64,000 bases of DNA from a bacterium. Its GTDB lineage: Bacteria > Acidobacteriota > Blastocatellia > HR10. The position numbers were made by a program, and so were the translations under genes. The notes below the pieces were generated by a model that was given only the letters and a program-made list of their open reading frames with translations, did no database searches and was not told where the DNA came from. Of this stretch, positions 52,059 to 63,535 are shown piece by piece. The DNA lies in NCBI GenBank assembly GCA_041640655.1, contig JBEPZV010000008.1, positions 18,512 through 82,511 of the forward strand. Reading direction: 5' to 3'. Position 1 is the stretch's first letter; each line of letters begins with the position of its first letter.

Positions 52059-53249
52059 TCAAGAGGGAAGCGCCACATCCACGACGATCGGCGCGTGGTC
52101 CGAGACGGGATGCCCCTGATCCGTCACTTCGGAGACCGTCTGCGGACGCACGCTCGAAATCCCGGACTCCCCGTCATGGACCTCACCTTCGCCGAGCACC
52201 CGCAAGTTCCGCGCGGCGAACCAATCGAGTCGAAGGCCGATCCGACATCCGTAGGGTTGGTACTTGCGGATCACCCACACATGCGAGAATTTCGGCACAT
52301 AGTGCGCGTCCTCAGCCACCTCGACCGGGAGGACGTGCGTGGGCGTCTCATCGTTCCACTCGCGATAGTGATACCCGCGCTGCCGCAGCAGGTCGAACAA
52401 CGGTTCGCGCCCGCGATCGGGATGGCATAACTCGCGCTGCATGCGCTCGGCCGAGGAGAGGAGAATGCGCATCAAACTGCGGAGGGCGCGCCAGCGGGTG
52501 CCCCGCGCGAAGGTGCTCGTATTCCAATCCCCCGCTAGCAGGACGGGCAGCTCCACCGATTCCGCATCAAGAGCCTCCAGGATCGCACGCATCTGACGCG
52601 CCCGCCCCCGAGGCGTCGTCCGCGTCTCCAGGTGCGTGCATACGGCGCGCAGCGCACGCCCTCCGGGCAGCTCCACCTCCGCCACCACCGCGATCCGCCG
52701 ACCGAAGCGCTTCTCGCTGAACTCGAAATACTCGAAGCACTGCGGCAGCGAGAGGATGCGCGCCGAGCGGATGGGATGGCGGGAGAGAATGGCATTCCCC
52801 TGCAAGGCCGTCGTGTTCTCTCCGGGCAGTTCGCGCTCCGCCCCCACGCCTTTGGTCAATTCGAGATAGGCCGGCGCGAAGACCCCGTGCATGCCGAGAC
52901 AGCGACAGAGGTCCTCGGTGATGTTGCGATTCCCCGAACGGTTCATCCCCTGATCCACCTCGTTGAGGAAGATCAGGTCGGCCTCCCGCAGAAGGGGGTG
53001 CATCGTGAGCGCGCGCACGAGCCCATCGAAATTCTTCCCTTTCTCGATGTTCCATTGCACAGCGCGCAAGAACGCGCGCACGCGCGGGCGCACGCCCTCA
53101 TTCACATACCACTGGACCGTCTCCAGGAGGGCGCGCAGCCGTTCGGCATGCCGCCGATAGAAATCGGAACGAGACAAGGCCCGTCGCGTCGCGAATCGCT
53201 TCAAGCCTCGGATGAGGTCCGCATGGGCGATCTCCCGTTCCGAACACAT
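52059..53249 (-). CDS. Endonuclease/exonuclease/phosphatase (EEP) family protein
   Basis: WNIEKG, LNEVD, GNAILS, THL, GDWN, LDW, SDH. Confidence 0.87.
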   Translation of the reverse strand: MCSEREIAHADLIRGLKRFATRRALSRSDFYRRHAERLRALLETVQWYVNEGVRPRVRAFLRAVQWNIEKGKNFDGLVRALTMHPLLREADLIFLNEVDQGMNRSGNRNITEDLCRCLGMHGVFAPAYLELTKGVGAERELPGENTTALQGNAILSRHPIRSARILSLPQCFEYFEFSEKRFGRRIAVVAEVELPGGRALRAVCTHLETRTTPRGRARQMRAILEALDAESVELPVLLAGDWNTSTFARGTRWRALRSLMRILLSSAERMQRELCHPDRGREPLFDLLRQRGYHYREWNDETPTHVLPVEVAEDAHYVPKFSHVWVIRKYQPYGCRIGLRLDWFAARNLRVLGEGEVHDGESGISSVRPQTVSEVTDQGHPVSDHAPIVVDVALPS

Positions 53250-54079
53250 ATCCCGACATCCTCGCCCGAGGAATTCTCGATCGGCGGAGAGATGGTGAGA
53301 TCCACCCGCTCGGCGAAGAGCGCTCGAAAATTCTCAGCCGTCCGTCGTCCGACCGCCTCCGGAGATTCTCCCCAGATCTCGGCGAGCCGCCGCGCGATCT
53401 CGCGCACAAAGAGCGGCTCATTGCGCTTCCCACGATAGGGGACGGGCGCCAGATAGGGACAGTCGGTCTCGATCAGGACGCGCTCGCGCGGCAGCTCGCG
53501 CGCGATCTCCACCAACGCCGACGCGCTCCGAAACGTGAGGATGCCCGAGAAGGAGATATACAGTCCCCATTCCACGCAGCGGCGCGCCATCTGACGACTC
53601 CCCGTGAAACAATGCAGGACACCGCGCACGCGACCCGCATGCTCTCGCAAGAGGGCGAGCGTATCCGCTTCCGCTTCGCGCGAGTGAATGACGACGGGCA
53701 ATCCTCGCTGCTCGGCCAGGTGGAGCTGACGGAGGAAGACGTCGCGTTGCACCGGCCGCGGCGAGTGATCGTAATGATAGTCGAGCCCGATCTCCCCCCA
53801 GGCGATGACCTTCGGATGAGCGGACAGCTCCAGCAGCCGTCGCTCCAGGTCCGGCGTGTACGTCTTCGCATCGTGCGGATGGACGCCGAGCGCCACGTAG
53901 ATCCCCGGATAGGCATCAGCCAGAGCGAGCGCCATCTCGAACCTGGGCTCCGGTCCGCTCACGGCGACGTCCAAGATAACGGTCACGCCGCCGGCGCGAG
54001 CTCGCGCGAGCACGTCCGACCGATCCGCATCGAATTCCGGAGCGCTCACATGCGCATGTGAATCCACGAAGAGACTCAT
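53201..54079 (-). CDS. tatD: TatD family hydrolase/DNase
   Basis: DSHAH, GVHPH, GEIGLDY, IHSREA, HCFTG, ETDCPYLAP. Confidence 0.94.
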   Translation of the reverse strand: MSLFVDSHAHVSAPEFDADRSDVLARARAGGVTVILDVAVSGPEPRFEMALALADAYPGIYVALGVHPHDAKTYTPDLERRLLELSAHPKVIAWGEIGLDYHYDHSPRPVQRDVFLRQLHLAEQRGLPVVIHSREAEADTLALLREHAGRVRGVLHCFTGSRQMARRCVEWGLYISFSGILTFRSASALVEIARELPRERVLIETDCPYLAPVPYRGKRNEPLFVREIARRLAEIWGESPEAVGRRTAENFRALFAERVDLTISPPIENSSGEDVGICVRNGRSPMRTSSEA

Positions 54080-56034
54080 CGGAGACGGCTTCCGCTGGGC
54101 ACATCCTCGGTGAATCCGGCCAGCACCGGGCGCTCTTCCGGCCCGACGACCGCCGCCAGCACCATGCCCTGAGACTCGATCCCCCGCACCTTGCGCGGTT
54201 GCAAGTTCGCCACGAGGATCACCTTCCGCCCTACCAGCTCTTCCGGCCGATAGTAGGGAGCGATCCCCGCGACGACCTGCCGCGGCTCGGCCTCCCCGAT
54301 GTCAACCAGTAGTCGCAGCAACTTATCGGCTCCGGCGACCTTCTCGGCAAAGACCACCGTCCCGGCGCGCAAATCCACGCGCGCGAAATCCTCAATGGTG
54401 ATCCACGCGGATGAGAGCGCTGCGCTCTCCGACTGACGCTGCTTCTCAATCTCGGCCATAGTCTTCTCCTTGTCTATCCTCGGGAAGAGCGGACGCACTT
54501 CACCAACGCGCACGCCCGAGATGGGCGCCTCCAACTGAAGCTCTTGGGGATTCACACCAGCAGGCTCTCCCGAAAACCCCAGTTGCCGCCACAGCGCGCG
54601 CATCGTCTCCGGGAGCACCGGAGCGAGCAAAACGGCGAGCACGCGCAACACGCGCACAGCGAGCGCGAGCACCGTCTCCAGGCGCGCGCGCTCCTCGGGA
54701 CGACGCGCCAGGTCCCATGGCTTCATGTCCGAGAGATATTTGTCCACGCGCGCGATCAATCCCCAGGCCGCTTCCAGCGCTCGACTGAAGTTGTACGCAT
54801 CGAACTCGGCGACGAACGTGCGGATCGCCGCTTCGGCCGCCGCGCGCAGCTCCTCCTCATACCCCCCCCAAGCTCGTGCCGATACCTCCGGGATGCGCCC
54901 ATCGCAGAACCGCTGCACCATCGTGAGCGTGCGGCTGGCGAGATTCCCCACCCCATCGGCCAGATCCGCATTGGTGCGCTCAATCAGCGCCCCGTAGGTG
55001 AAGTCAGCATCCTCGCCGAAGACCATCTCGCGCAGGCAGAAGTAGCGCACGGCATCGCGCGAGAAGAAGCGACGCAGCACATCGAGGTCAATGACGTTGC
55101 CGAGCGTCTTGGACATCTTGCGCCCGCCCGAGAGCCACATCCCATGCGCGTAGACGGTGCGCGGCAGCGGCAAGCCCGCCGCCATCAGAAACGCGGGCCA
55201 GTAGACGGCGTGAAACCGCAAGATGTCCTTGCCCACGATGTGCACGTCGGCCGGCCAATATCGGTCGAAGACAGGACCGTCGCTCACGCCCGCCGCGCGC
55301 AAGTGCTCCCCCTCATTCCCCCATCCGAGCGCCGTGATGTAATTCGAGAGGGCATCGAACCACACGTACATCGTGTGCTGCGGATCCTCGGGGACGGGAA
55401 CCCCCCATCGCACGGAGACCCGACTGATCGAGAGGTCCCTCAATCCGCTCTGGACAAAGCTCACCACCTCGTTGTACCGCGCGACCGGACGCACGCACTC
55501 GGGGTTCTCGCGATAGAAGGCCAGGAGCCGATCCTGAAAAGCCGAGAGACGGAAGAAATAGCTCTCCTCAGCCACGCGCTCGGCCGGACGACCGTGCAAC
55601 TCGCACAGGGGCGGACGCCCCGGCTCCTCCTCTTCCTTGAACTCCGCACAGGCCGGGCAGAACCACCCCTCGTATTGCCCCTTGTAGATGTATCCGGCCT
55701 CGCGCACCCGCCGCCAGAGCGCCTGCGCCCCACGACGATGATACTCGTCCGATGTGCGAATGAAGTAGCTCGGCTCCAGGCCGAACTCACGAATCATGCG
55801 CCGAAAGGCTTCGGCCATCTCATCGCAATGCGCTTGGGGCGTCACCCCGCGCTCGCGCGCGATGCGCTCGATGTTCTGCCCATGCTCGTCCGTGCCCGTC
55901 AGGAAAAACGTCTCGTAGCCGCACTGCCGCTTGTATCGCGCCAGGGTATCGGCCACCAAAGTCGAATAGAGGTGCCCCAAGTGCGGAAAGCTGTTGACGT
56001 AGTAGATGGGCGTGGTGACGTAGAACGTCTTCAT
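54076..56034 (-). CDS. metG: Methionine--tRNA ligase with C-terminal tRNA-binding domain
   Basis: TTPIYYVN..HLGH, GTDEHG, YVWFDAL, KMSKT, C-terminal Trbp111-like domain. Confidence 0.97.
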   Translation of the reverse strand: MKTFYVTTPIYYVNSFPHLGHLYSTLVADTLARYKRQCGYETFFLTGTDEHGQNIERIARERGVTPQAHCDEMAEAFRRMIREFGLEPSYFIRTSDEYHRRGAQALWRRVREAGYIYKGQYEGWFCPACAEFKEEEEPGRPPLCELHGRPAERVAEESYFFRLSAFQDRLLAFYRENPECVRPVARYNEVVSFVQSGLRDLSISRVSVRWGVPVPEDPQHTMYVWFDALSNYITALGWGNEGEHLRAAGVSDGPVFDRYWPADVHIVGKDILRFHAVYWPAFLMAAGLPLPRTVYAHGMWLSGGRKMSKTLGNVIDLDVLRRFFSRDAVRYFCLREMVFGEDADFTYGALIERTNADLADGVGNLASRTLTMVQRFCDGRIPEVSARAWGGYEEELRAAAEAAIRTFVAEFDAYNFSRALEAAWGLIARVDKYLSDMKPWDLARRPEERARLETVLALAVRVLRVLAVLLAPVLPETMRALWRQLGFSGEPAGVNPQELQLEAPISGVRVGEVRPLFPRIDKEKTMAEIEKQRQSESAALSSAWITIEDFARVDLRAGTVVFAEKVAGADKLLRLLVDIGEAEPRQVVAGIAPYYRPEELVGRKVILVANLQPRKVRGIESQGMVLAAVVGPEERPVLAGFTEDVPSGSRLR

Positions 56035-57257
56035 CGCCCCCCTCTCGCGCCGGAGCGCTGCCGGAATTCGACAAGCGCCGCCAGCATCACCTCGCGCACC
56101 GGCACGCGATGGCGCTCGGCCGCCTGTCGGCACGCCTCGAACTCCGGTGCCGCGTTCACCACTTGGTCCTCCAGAGAAGCGACCTTCACAGGGATCGTCC
56201 CATAAACCGTCTCCACGGGGACGATCTCTCGCCAGAGCGCCCGTCGCTCGACTTCATAAAAACGCACGCCGAGCGTCGGCGTCTCGCGAAAGAGCAATGC
56301 TTGCAAGGCCTCCCGATCCTCCGGTCGGCACAGGAGGACGAGCAACGTCCCCGGCCTCCCTTTCTTCATCACCACGGGGACGGCGAAAGCATCCACCGCA
56401 CCCGCCTGCAACGCCGCCTCCAGGACATATCCGAGAATCTGCGGACTGGCATCGTCCAACTGGGTCTCCATCACCAGAAGGCGCTCCCGCACAGTCGTCT
56501 CGACGGCGCGCGTCTCTCCTAACATCACGCGCAAGAGGTTCGGGAAATCGGGGAAGTCCCGCGTCCCCGCCCCGTAACCGATGGCCTCCAGGCGCATCTC
56601 TGGCAGCGGACCAAAGGCCTCGCAGAGCGTCGCCAAAAGAGCCGCTCCCGTGGGCGTCACCAACTCCGCCTCCACGTCGCTCGTATACACGCGCGCTCCC
56701 TTGAGCAACTCGGCCGTCGCCGGGACCGGGACCGGATACCGCCCGTGCGCGCACCCCATGAATCCTCGCCCCAGATGAACCGGCGAGGCGAGGAATCGCT
56801 CGATGCCCAGAAGTTCGACCCCCACGCACACGCCCACGATATCCACGATCGAGTCCACGGCGCCGACCTCATGGAACGCGACTTCCTCCACGGCGCACCC
56901 ATGCGCCCGCGCCTCTGCTTGTGCCAATCGTCGGAAGACCTCCTCGGCGCGCTCGCGCACGCGCGCCGAGAGCGCCGAGGATCGGATGATCTGCACGATC
57001 TCCTCCAGCCGCCGATGCGCATGTCCCGGCTCATGATGATGCGCGTGATCCTCCCCCTCGATCACCACGTCGAATTTCGTGCCCCGCAGATGCGCGCGCC
57101 GCACCTCGCGCCGCCGCAGCTCGTATCCCTGAAGCGGGAGCTTGGCCAATTCCCCCGTGAGCGCCTCGAAATCCAGACCGAGATCGAGCAGCGCGCCCAC
57201 GATCATATCGCCGCTGGCTCCCGCGAAGCAATCGAAATAGAGCGTGCGCACCATCAT
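56031..57257 (-). CDS. larC: Nickel-pincer cofactor biosynthesis protein LarC
   Basis: DCFAGASGDM, His-rich HAHHHEPGHAH, FHEVGAVDSIVDI, TPTGAA, GYGAG, MKKGRPG, TLGVR, PEFE. Confidence 0.92.
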   Translation of the reverse strand: MMVRTLYFDCFAGASGDMIVGALLDLGLDFEALTGELAKLPLQGYELRRREVRRAHLRGTKFDVVIEGEDHAHHHEPGHAHRRLEEIVQIIRSSALSARVRERAEEVFRRLAQAEARAHGCAVEEVAFHEVGAVDSIVDIVGVCVGVELLGIERFLASPVHLGRGFMGCAHGRYPVPVPATAELLKGARVYTSDVEAELVTPTGAALLATLCEAFGPLPEMRLEAIGYGAGTRDFPDFPNLLRVMLGETRAVETTVRERLLVMETQLDDASPQILGYVLEAALQAGAVDAFAVPVVMKKGRPGTLLVLLCRPEDREALQALLFRETPTLGVRFYEVERRALWREIVPVETVYGTIPVKVASLEDQVVNAAPEFEACRQAAERHRVPVREVMLAALVEFRQRSGARGGR

Positions 57258-58009
57258 CCCCCCCCAGTCTCCTCAGGGGAGAAGCGCGGCAGAATCTCTC
57301 CGGCACGGCCGAGGATCGTCACATCCGCGATCTCCGTGACCGGTGTCGTCTCCGGATTCACCTCGATGACGAACGCGCGATTCTGCTTGGCCAGAACGGG
57401 AAGCGCAGCCGCCGGATAGACGACAGCCGACGTCCCGACCACGAGGAAGAGATCACATGTGGCCGTCGCAGCGACGGCCTGCGAGAACACCGCTTCCGGA
57501 ACAGCCTCCCCAAACAGAACAACATCCGGACGCACAATCCCCCCGCAGGAAGGACACCGTGGGGGAATCTCCGGCAGCGGCACACGCCGATCCTCCACCT
57601 TCAATCCGCACTGCGGACACCGCACACGCCAGAGGCTGCCATGAAGCTCCAAGACATTGCGACTCCCCGCGCGCTGATGTAGCCCGTCCACATTTTGCGT
57701 GATCACCGTGAGCCGTTCAAAATACCGTTCCCAGGCCGCGATCGCCCGATGCGCAGCATTGGGCTCAGCCCGCTCGATGACCTCCCGCCGATAGGCGTAC
57801 CACTGCCAGAAGGTGACTGGGTCCGCACGCCACATTTGGGGCGTCGCGATCTTCTCCACCGACATCCCCCTCCAGACGGTCGCTCCTCCTCCCCCGCGAA
57901 ACGTCGGCACGCCGCTCTCGGCCGAGACCCCCGCACCGGTCAGCACCGCGACAGCCCACGCCTCCTGAAACCGCTCTTTGAGCTCTTCCGTAACGCGCTC
58001 GTAAATCAT
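57254..58009 (-). CDS. cobB: NAD-dependent protein deacylase (class III sirtuin)
   Basis: TGAGVSAESGVPTFRG, WYAYRR, TQNVDGLH, HGS, CPQC/CPSC, RPDVVLFGE, GTSAVVYPAA. Confidence 0.94.
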   Translation of the reverse strand: MIYERVTEELKERFQEAWAVAVLTGAGVSAESGVPTFRGGGGATVWRGMSVEKIATPQMWRADPVTFWQWYAYRREVIERAEPNAAHRAIAAWERYFERLTVITQNVDGLHQRAGSRNVLELHGSLWRVRCPQCGLKVEDRRVPLPEIPPRCPSCGGIVRPDVVLFGEAVPEAVFSQAVAATATCDLFLVVGTSAVVYPAAALPVLAKQNRAFVIEVNPETTPVTEIADVTILGRAGEILPRFSPEETGGG

Positions 58010-58121
58010 GCCCGACCCGCGCGAAAGGAGTAATGTTACCGACGATGCCGTCGGAAGACAAGCGCGAGGGGATTCGAGCGCGCTCGTTCTTATCTCGCCG
58101 AAAGCCCTCGAACGCCCGGCG

Positions 58122-58145
58122 AAACTTGACAAATCAGTCAGGTTT
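58122..58145. promoter_or_regulatory. Rrf2/IscR-like palindromic operator overlapping a TTGACA -35
   Basis: AAACTTGAC-AAATCA-GTCAGGTTT, 9-bp inverted repeat with 1 mismatch; TTGACA at 58126-58131. Confidence 0.72.
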
Positions 58146-58181
58146 TGGCAGACTTGACCTTGCCGTCTTGAGAGGGGGGAC

Positions 58182-58649
58182 ATGCGGATAACGGCGCAAG
58201 AGGAATATGGCCTTCGCTGCCTGCTGCAGTTGGCGCAGCAGCCCGAAGGGGAACCCTTGACCGTCCGCGAGATCGCGCGGCGCGAGGGTCTGTCGGCGGC
58301 TTATGTGGAGAAGCTCCTGCACTTACTCAGCCGCGCGGGCTTGACCCGAAGCGTGCGCGGACAAAGCGGAGGCTATTGCCTGAGTCGCTCCCCGCAGCAG
58401 ATCTCGCTCGGGGAGATCATCCGCGCGCTCGGCGGTTTCGTCTCCGATGCCGAAATCTGCACCCAATTCACGGGTAATTTGGACTGTTGCGTCCATGTGA
58501 ACAACTGTGGCATTCGACCGCTCTGGCGCGTGGCCTTTTACATCCAAAGCATGCTCGATCGGATCCCCCTCTCGGCCTTGCTCCACGATGAGCAGAAGGT
58601 CGAGCGCAATCTCATGGAAACGGGGCGATCGAGCTTCATCATCGTCTGA
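58182..58649 (+). CDS. Rrf2 family Fe-S-sensing transcriptional regulator
   Basis: YGLRCLLQLA, EIARREGLS..YVEKLL..L, SVRGQSGGY, Cys cluster C-x8-CC-x5-C. Confidence 0.92.
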   Translation: MRITAQEEYGLRCLLQLAQQPEGEPLTVREIARREGLSAAYVEKLLHLLSRAGLTRSVRGQSGGYCLSRSPQQISLGEIIRALGGFVSDAEICTQFTGNLDCCVHVNNCGIRPLWRVAFYIQSMLDRIPLSALLHDEQKVERNLMETGRSSFIIV

Positions 58650-58702
58650 GGTTTTTTTGCGCGCAATCATGACTTTTTAGTGAGGTTTGGAAGGAGATGG
58701 GT

Positions 58703-60154
58703 ATGGCGACGCCGATGAACATCATCGAGGAGCTGGTCAATCGGGAATACCGGTATGGATTCGTCACGCCGGTGGAGGAGGAGCTGTTCCCGCCGGGGTT
58801 GAACGAAGAGATCATTCGCATGATCTCGGCCAAGAAGAACGAGCCGGAGTGGCTGCTGGAGTGGCGGCTGCGCGCGTATCGGTATTGGGCGAAATTGGTG
58901 GAGGAAGGGGCGGAGCCGCGATGGGCGAACGTCACCTATCCGCCCATTGATTATCAAGCGATCCGCTACTACGCGGCGCCGAAGCGGCGGCCGAAGAGTT
59001 TGGACGAGATTGATCCAGAGATCCGACGCACGTACGAGAAGCTCGGCATCCCCTTGCAGGAGCAGGAGCGGCTGGCGGGCGTGGCCGTAGATGCTGTCTT
59101 CGATAGCATCTCGGTTGCGACGACATTTCGGCAGAAGCTGGCGGAGCTGGGCATCATCTTCTGCTCCTTCTCGGAGGCCGTGCAGGAGCATCCCGAACTG
59201 GTGCGGAAGTGGCTCGGCTCGGTCGTGCCGTACACGGACAACTTCTTCGCGGCGCTCAACTCGGCCGTCTTCAGCGACGGGTCGTTCGTCTACGTCCCTC
59301 CCGGTGTGCGGTGCCCGATGGAATTGTCCACGTACTTCCGCATCAATGCCTCGCAGACGGGGCAGTTCGAGCGCACCCTCATCATCGCCGATGAAGGCGC
59401 GTATGTGAGCTACTTGGAAGGTTGCACGGCCCCGATGCGGGATGAGAACCAACTGCATGCCGCCGTCGTGGAGCTGATCGCCCTGGACAACGCCACCATC
59501 AAGTACTCGACGGTCCAGAACTGGTATCCGGGAGATCGCGAGGGGCGCGGGGGGATTTACAACTTCGTCACCAAGCGAGGGAAGTGCCTGGGGCGCAACT
59601 CGAAGATCTCCTGGACGCAGGTCGAGGTCGGCTCGGCCATCACGTGGAAGTATCCGAGCTGCATTCTGATCGGGGACAATTCCGTGGGCGAGTTCTATTC
59701 GGTGGCCGTGACCAATCATCATCAGCAGGCCGATACGGGGACGAAGATGATCCACATCGGGAAGAACACGCGGAGCACGATCATCTCCAAGGGCATTTCG
59801 GCCGGTCATGGGCAGAACACCTATCGCGGGATGGTCAAGATCATGAAGGGCGCGATCGGCGCGCGGAACTACTCGCAGTGCGATTCGCTGCTGCTGGGGG
59901 ACAAGTGCGGCGCGCATACGTTCCCTTATATCGAAGTGCATGAGCCGACGGCGCAGCTGGAGCATGAGGCGACGACCTCGAAGATCAGTGAGGAGCAGCT
60001 CTTCTACTGCCGTCAGCGTGGCCTCTCGGCCGAGGACGCCGTCTCGATGATCGTCAACGGCTTCTGCAAGGAGGTGCTCCGCGAGCTACCGATGGAATTC
60101 GCCGTCGAGGCGCAAAAACTCCTGGGCATCAGCTTGGAGGGGAGCGTGGGATGA
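58703..60154 (+). CDS. sufB: Fe-S cluster assembly protein SufB
   Basis: [41 protein letters not shown]. Confidence 0.97.
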   Translation: MATPMNIIEELVNREYRYGFVTPVEEELFPPGLNEEIIRMISAKKNEPEWLLEWRLRAYRYWAKLVEEGAEPRWANVTYPPIDYQAIRYYAAPKRRPKSLDEIDPEIRRTYEKLGIPLQEQERLAGVAVDAVFDSISVATTFRQKLAELGIIFCSFSEAVQEHPELVRKWLGSVVPYTDNFFAALNSAVFSDGSFVYVPPGVRCPMELSTYFRINASQTGQFERTLIIADEGAYVSYLEGCTAPMRDENQLHAAVVELIALDNATIKYSTVQNWYPGDREGRGGIYNFVTKRGKCLGRNSKISWTQVEVGSAITWKYPSCILIGDNSVGEFYSVAVTNHHQQADTGTKMIHIGKNTRSTIISKGISAGHGQNTYRGMVKIMKGAIGARNYSQCDSLLLGDKCGAHTFPYIEVHEPTAQLEHEATTSKISEEQLFYCRQRGLSAEDAVSMIVNGFCKEVLRELPMEFAVEAQKLLGISLEGSVG

Positions 60155-60930
60155 ACGGAACAGCGCTTTTGGAGATTCGGAATCTACGCGTCCGCATCGA
60201 GGGGCAGGAGATCCTCAAAGGGATCACGCTGACGGTGCGTGCCGGAGAGGTCCATTCGATCATGGGGCCAAATGGCTCCGGCAAGAGCACGCTGGCGCAG
60301 GTGCTGGCCGGGCGCGAAGTCTACGAGATCGTCGAGGGGGAAGTCCTCTACGAGGGAGAGGACCTGCTGCGGATGTCCCCCGAGGAGCGCGCGCGCCGGG
60401 GCATCTTCTTGGCCTTTCAGTATCCGGTCGAGATCCCGGGCGTGAGCAACCTCTACTTCCTCAAAGCTGCCGTGAACGCGATCCGCAAGTCCCGGGGCTT
60501 GCCCGAACTGGATGCCATGGAATTCCTCGCTCTGGCCCGCGAGCGGGCGAAGCTCGTCGAATTGGACGAGAGCCTGCTCCAGCGCGCGGTGAATGATGGC
60601 TTCTCCGGGGGTGAGAAGAAACGGAACGAGATCTTCCAGATGGCCTTGCTCGAACCGCGACTGGCGATCCTGGACGAGACGGATTCAGGTCTGGACATTG
60701 ATGCCCTTCGGGTCGTCGCCCAAGGGATCAATGCCTTGCGCCATCCGGATCGGGCCATCATCCTCATCACGCACTATCAGCGCTTGCTCAATTATGTCAC
60801 TCCCGACGTCGTGCACGTTCTCTACGATGGTCGCATCGTGAAGTCGGGTGGGAAGGAGTTGGCCCTGGAGCTGGAGGAGAAGGGATACGGCTGGATCGCC
60901 GAGGAGGCGATCGGCTCTGTGCGGACTTGA
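60151..60930 (+). CDS. sufC: Fe-S cluster assembly ATPase SufC
   Basis: [41 protein letters not shown]. Confidence 0.97.
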   Translation: MNGTALLEIRNLRVRIEGQEILKGITLTVRAGEVHSIMGPNGSGKSTLAQVLAGREVYEIVEGEVLYEGEDLLRMSPEERARRGIFLAFQYPVEIPGVSNLYFLKAAVNAIRKSRGLPELDAMEFLALARERAKLVELDESLLQRAVNDGFSGGEKKRNEIFQMALLEPRLAILDETDSGLDIDALRVVAQGINALRHPDRAIILITHYQRLLNYVTPDVVHVLYDGRIVKSGGKELALELEEKGYGWIAEEAIGSVRT

Positions 60931-60938
60931 GGAGAGCT

Positions 60939-62273
60939 ATGGCGAGCGGACGTGACGAGACGACGCGCTATCGGGCGCATTTCGCGGTGTGGAACGAGAT
61001 CGTTCGCGCGCGCGAGCCCGCGTGGATGCGGGCACAGCGGGAGGCCGCATTCGCGCGGTTCGAAGCCCTGGGCTTCCCGACGACGCGCCAGGAGGAATGG
61101 CGGTTCACCAATATCGCGCCCTTGCTCCGCACCTCGTTCCGCGTGGCGACGGCTCCGGCGTCCCCCCTCGAGGGCGACTGGCTCGCCCCGTATCGCGCGT
61201 GGGGAGCCCACCATCTCGTCTTCGCGAATGGGCACTTCGTGGGAGAAGTCCCGACGAATGGCCATCCCCCCGGATGCTTCGCGCGCGGGATACGCGCGCT
61301 GCTGCAGGAGGCGCCGCATCTTGTGGAGCCGTATCTGAGGCGACCCGTCGAAGAGCTCTCGCACGCCTTCATCGCCCTGAATGCGGCCTTCCTCACCGAT
61401 GGCGCATTCGTGCGCATCCCGCGTGGCGTGGTCGTACGGGAACCCATTCATCTGCTCTTTCTCGCCCTCGGCCAGGGGGAGCCCATGGTCGTCCACCCGC
61501 GAAATGTGATCGTGGCTGAGGAGAACAGCCAGGCGACGATCATCGAGAGCTATGTGAGCCTCGACGACCGTCTCCACTTCACCAATGCCGTCACGGAGAT
61601 CATCGTTGGGGAGAATGCCGTCGTGCAGCACTACAAGGTGCAGCGCGAGAGCCGCGCGGCCTTCCACATGGCGGCCGTGCGCATCGTGCAAGCGCGGATG
61701 GCGAACGTCCGAGACTTCTCCCTGGCGCTTGGCGCGGCGCTGGCGCGAACCGACATCACGGCGATTCTGGAGGGCGAAGGGGCCGAATGCACGTTGAACG
61801 GATTCTACTGGGTGCGCGATCAGCAGCTCGTGGATCACCACACGGTGATCGAGCATGTGGCGCCGCATGGCACGAGCCGCGAGTTCTACAAAGGCATCCT
61901 CGACGATGCCGCGCGAGGCGTCTTCGATGGGACGATCCTTGTGCGTCCGGGGGCGCAGAAGACCGACGCGCGGCAGGTGAACAAGAACCTCTTGCTCTCG
62001 ACCGAGGCCCTCGTGAATACGAATCCGCGCTTGCAGATTCTGGCCGATGATGTGAAGTGCAGCCACGGGGCGACCATCGGACATCTCGATGAGGACGCGC
62101 TCTTTTACTGCCGCTCGCGCGGCCTGGATGCCGAGATGGCGCGCGAGCTGCTCACCTATGCGTTTGCCTCGGACATCCTCCAGGAGATCGCGTTCGAGCC
62201 GCTGCGGCGGCGCGTCGGAGAGTGGGTCCTGATGGAATGGCCCGAAGGAGAACTGCTCACGGAGATGCTATGA
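60939..62273 (+). CDS. sufD: Fe-S cluster assembly protein SufD
   Basis: [35 protein letters not shown]. Confidence 0.95.
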   Translation: MASGRDETTRYRAHFAVWNEIVRAREPAWMRAQREAAFARFEALGFPTTRQEEWRFTNIAPLLRTSFRVATAPASPLEGDWLAPYRAWGAHHLVFANGHFVGEVPTNGHPPGCFARGIRALLQEAPHLVEPYLRRPVEELSHAFIALNAAFLTDGAFVRIPRGVVVREPIHLLFLALGQGEPMVVHPRNVIVAEENSQATIIESYVSLDDRLHFTNAVTEIIVGENAVVQHYKVQRESRAAFHMAAVRIVQARMANVRDFSLALGAALARTDITAILEGEGAECTLNGFYWVRDQQLVDHHTVIEHVAPHGTSREFYKGILDDAARGVFDGTILVRPGAQKTDARQVNKNLLLSTEALVNTNPRLQILADDVKCSHGATIGHLDEDALFYCRSRGLDAEMARELLTYAFASDILQEIAFEPLRRRVGEWVLMEWPEGELLTEML

Positions 62274-63535
62274 GTTCGGCTGTGGACCCTGTGTGTTCGC
62301 CGACCCCTCAGCGTCCCTTCGATGTGGGACGCGTGCGGGAGGATTTTCCCGCTTTGCACCAACGGGTGCAGGGGAAGCCGCTCATCTATCTGGACAATGC
62401 GGCCACGACGCAAAAGCCGCGCCCCGTCCTGGAAGCGCTCCGTCGCTTCTACGAGCAGGATTGCTCGAACGTGCATCGGGGCGTACACACGTTGAGCCAG
62501 CGGGCCACGGAAGCCTACGAGCGCGCGCGCGAGACCGTTCGACGATTTCTCAACGCCCGCTCTGAGGAGGAGATCATCTTCGTACGGGGGACGACCGAGG
62601 CGATCAATCTCGTGGCGCACAGCTTCGGCCGCGCGCGCGTTCGCGCCGGAGATGAGATCCTCATCTCGGCCATGGAGCACCATTCGAACATCGTGCCCTG
62701 GCAGATCCTCTGCGAGGAGACGGGCGCGCGGCTGCGCGTGGCGCCGATCAACGATGATGGGGAGCTGATTTTAGACGAGTTCGAACGACTCCTGACGGCG
62801 CGCACGCGACTGGTGGCCATCACGCATCTCTCGAATGCGCTGGGGACGATCCCGCCCGTGCGGGAGATCATTCAGCTCGCGCACGCGCGAGGTATCCCCG
62901 TCCTGCTCGACGGCGCACAAGCGGTCGCCCATCTGAAGGTGGACGTGCAAGAGCTGGACTGCGATTTCTACGCCTTCTCCGGGCACAAGCTCTACGGGCC
63001 GACAGGGATCGGCGTCCTCTACGGCAAGGCGGAGTGGCTCGAGGCGATGCCTCCGTATCAGGGCGGGGGGGATATGATCAGCTCGGTGACGTTCGAGAAG
63101 ACGACCTACAATCGGCTGCCTTACAAATTCGAAGCGGGGACGCCGCATATCGCGGGCGCTATTGGCCTGGGCGCGGCGATCGAGTACGTGACGACGCTCG
63201 GCCTGGACGCGATCGCCGCTCACGAGCGCGATCTGCTCATCTATGCGACCGAAGCCCTCTCGGGGATCCCCGGCTTGCGCCTGATCGGGACGGCGCGCGA
63301 GAAGGCGAGCATCCTCTCGTTCACGCTCGAGGGGATCCATCCTCATGACATCGGCACCATCCTCGATCATGAGGGGATCGCCATTCGAGCGGGTCATCAT
63401 TGCGCGCAGCCGGTCATGGAGCGCTTCGGTGTCCCGGCCACGGCGCGCGTCTCCTTCGCCCTCTACAACACGAGGGAGGAAGTGGACGCCCTCGTGACGG
63501 CCTTACAGAAGGTGCGGGAGGTGTTCGACCTATGA
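62270..63535 (+). CDS. sufS: Cysteine desulfurase, class II
   Basis: [35 protein letters not shown]. Confidence 0.96.
   Translation: MSSAVDPVCSPTPQRPFDVGRVREDFPALHQRVQGKPLIYLDNAATTQKPRPVLEALRRFYEQDCSNVHRGVHTLSQRATEAYERARETVRRFLNARSEEEIIFVRGTTEAINLVAHSFGRARVRAGDEILISAMEHHSNIVPWQILCEETGARLRVAPINDDGELILDEFERLLTARTRLVAITHLSNALGTIPPVREIIQLAHARGIPVLLDGAQAVAHLKVDVQELDCDFYAFSGHKLYGPTGIGVLYGKAEWLEAMPPYQGGGDMISSVTFEKTTYNRLPYKFEAGTPHIAGAIGLGAAIEYVTTLGLDAIAAHERDLLIYATEALSGIPGLRLIGTAREKASILSFTLEGIHPHDIGTILDHEGIAIRAGHHCAQPVMERFGVPATARVSFALYNTREEVDALVTALQKVREVFDL

Noticed and set aside
56031..57257. Programmed frameshift in larC
   Set aside because: Both halves are in one continuous reading frame here
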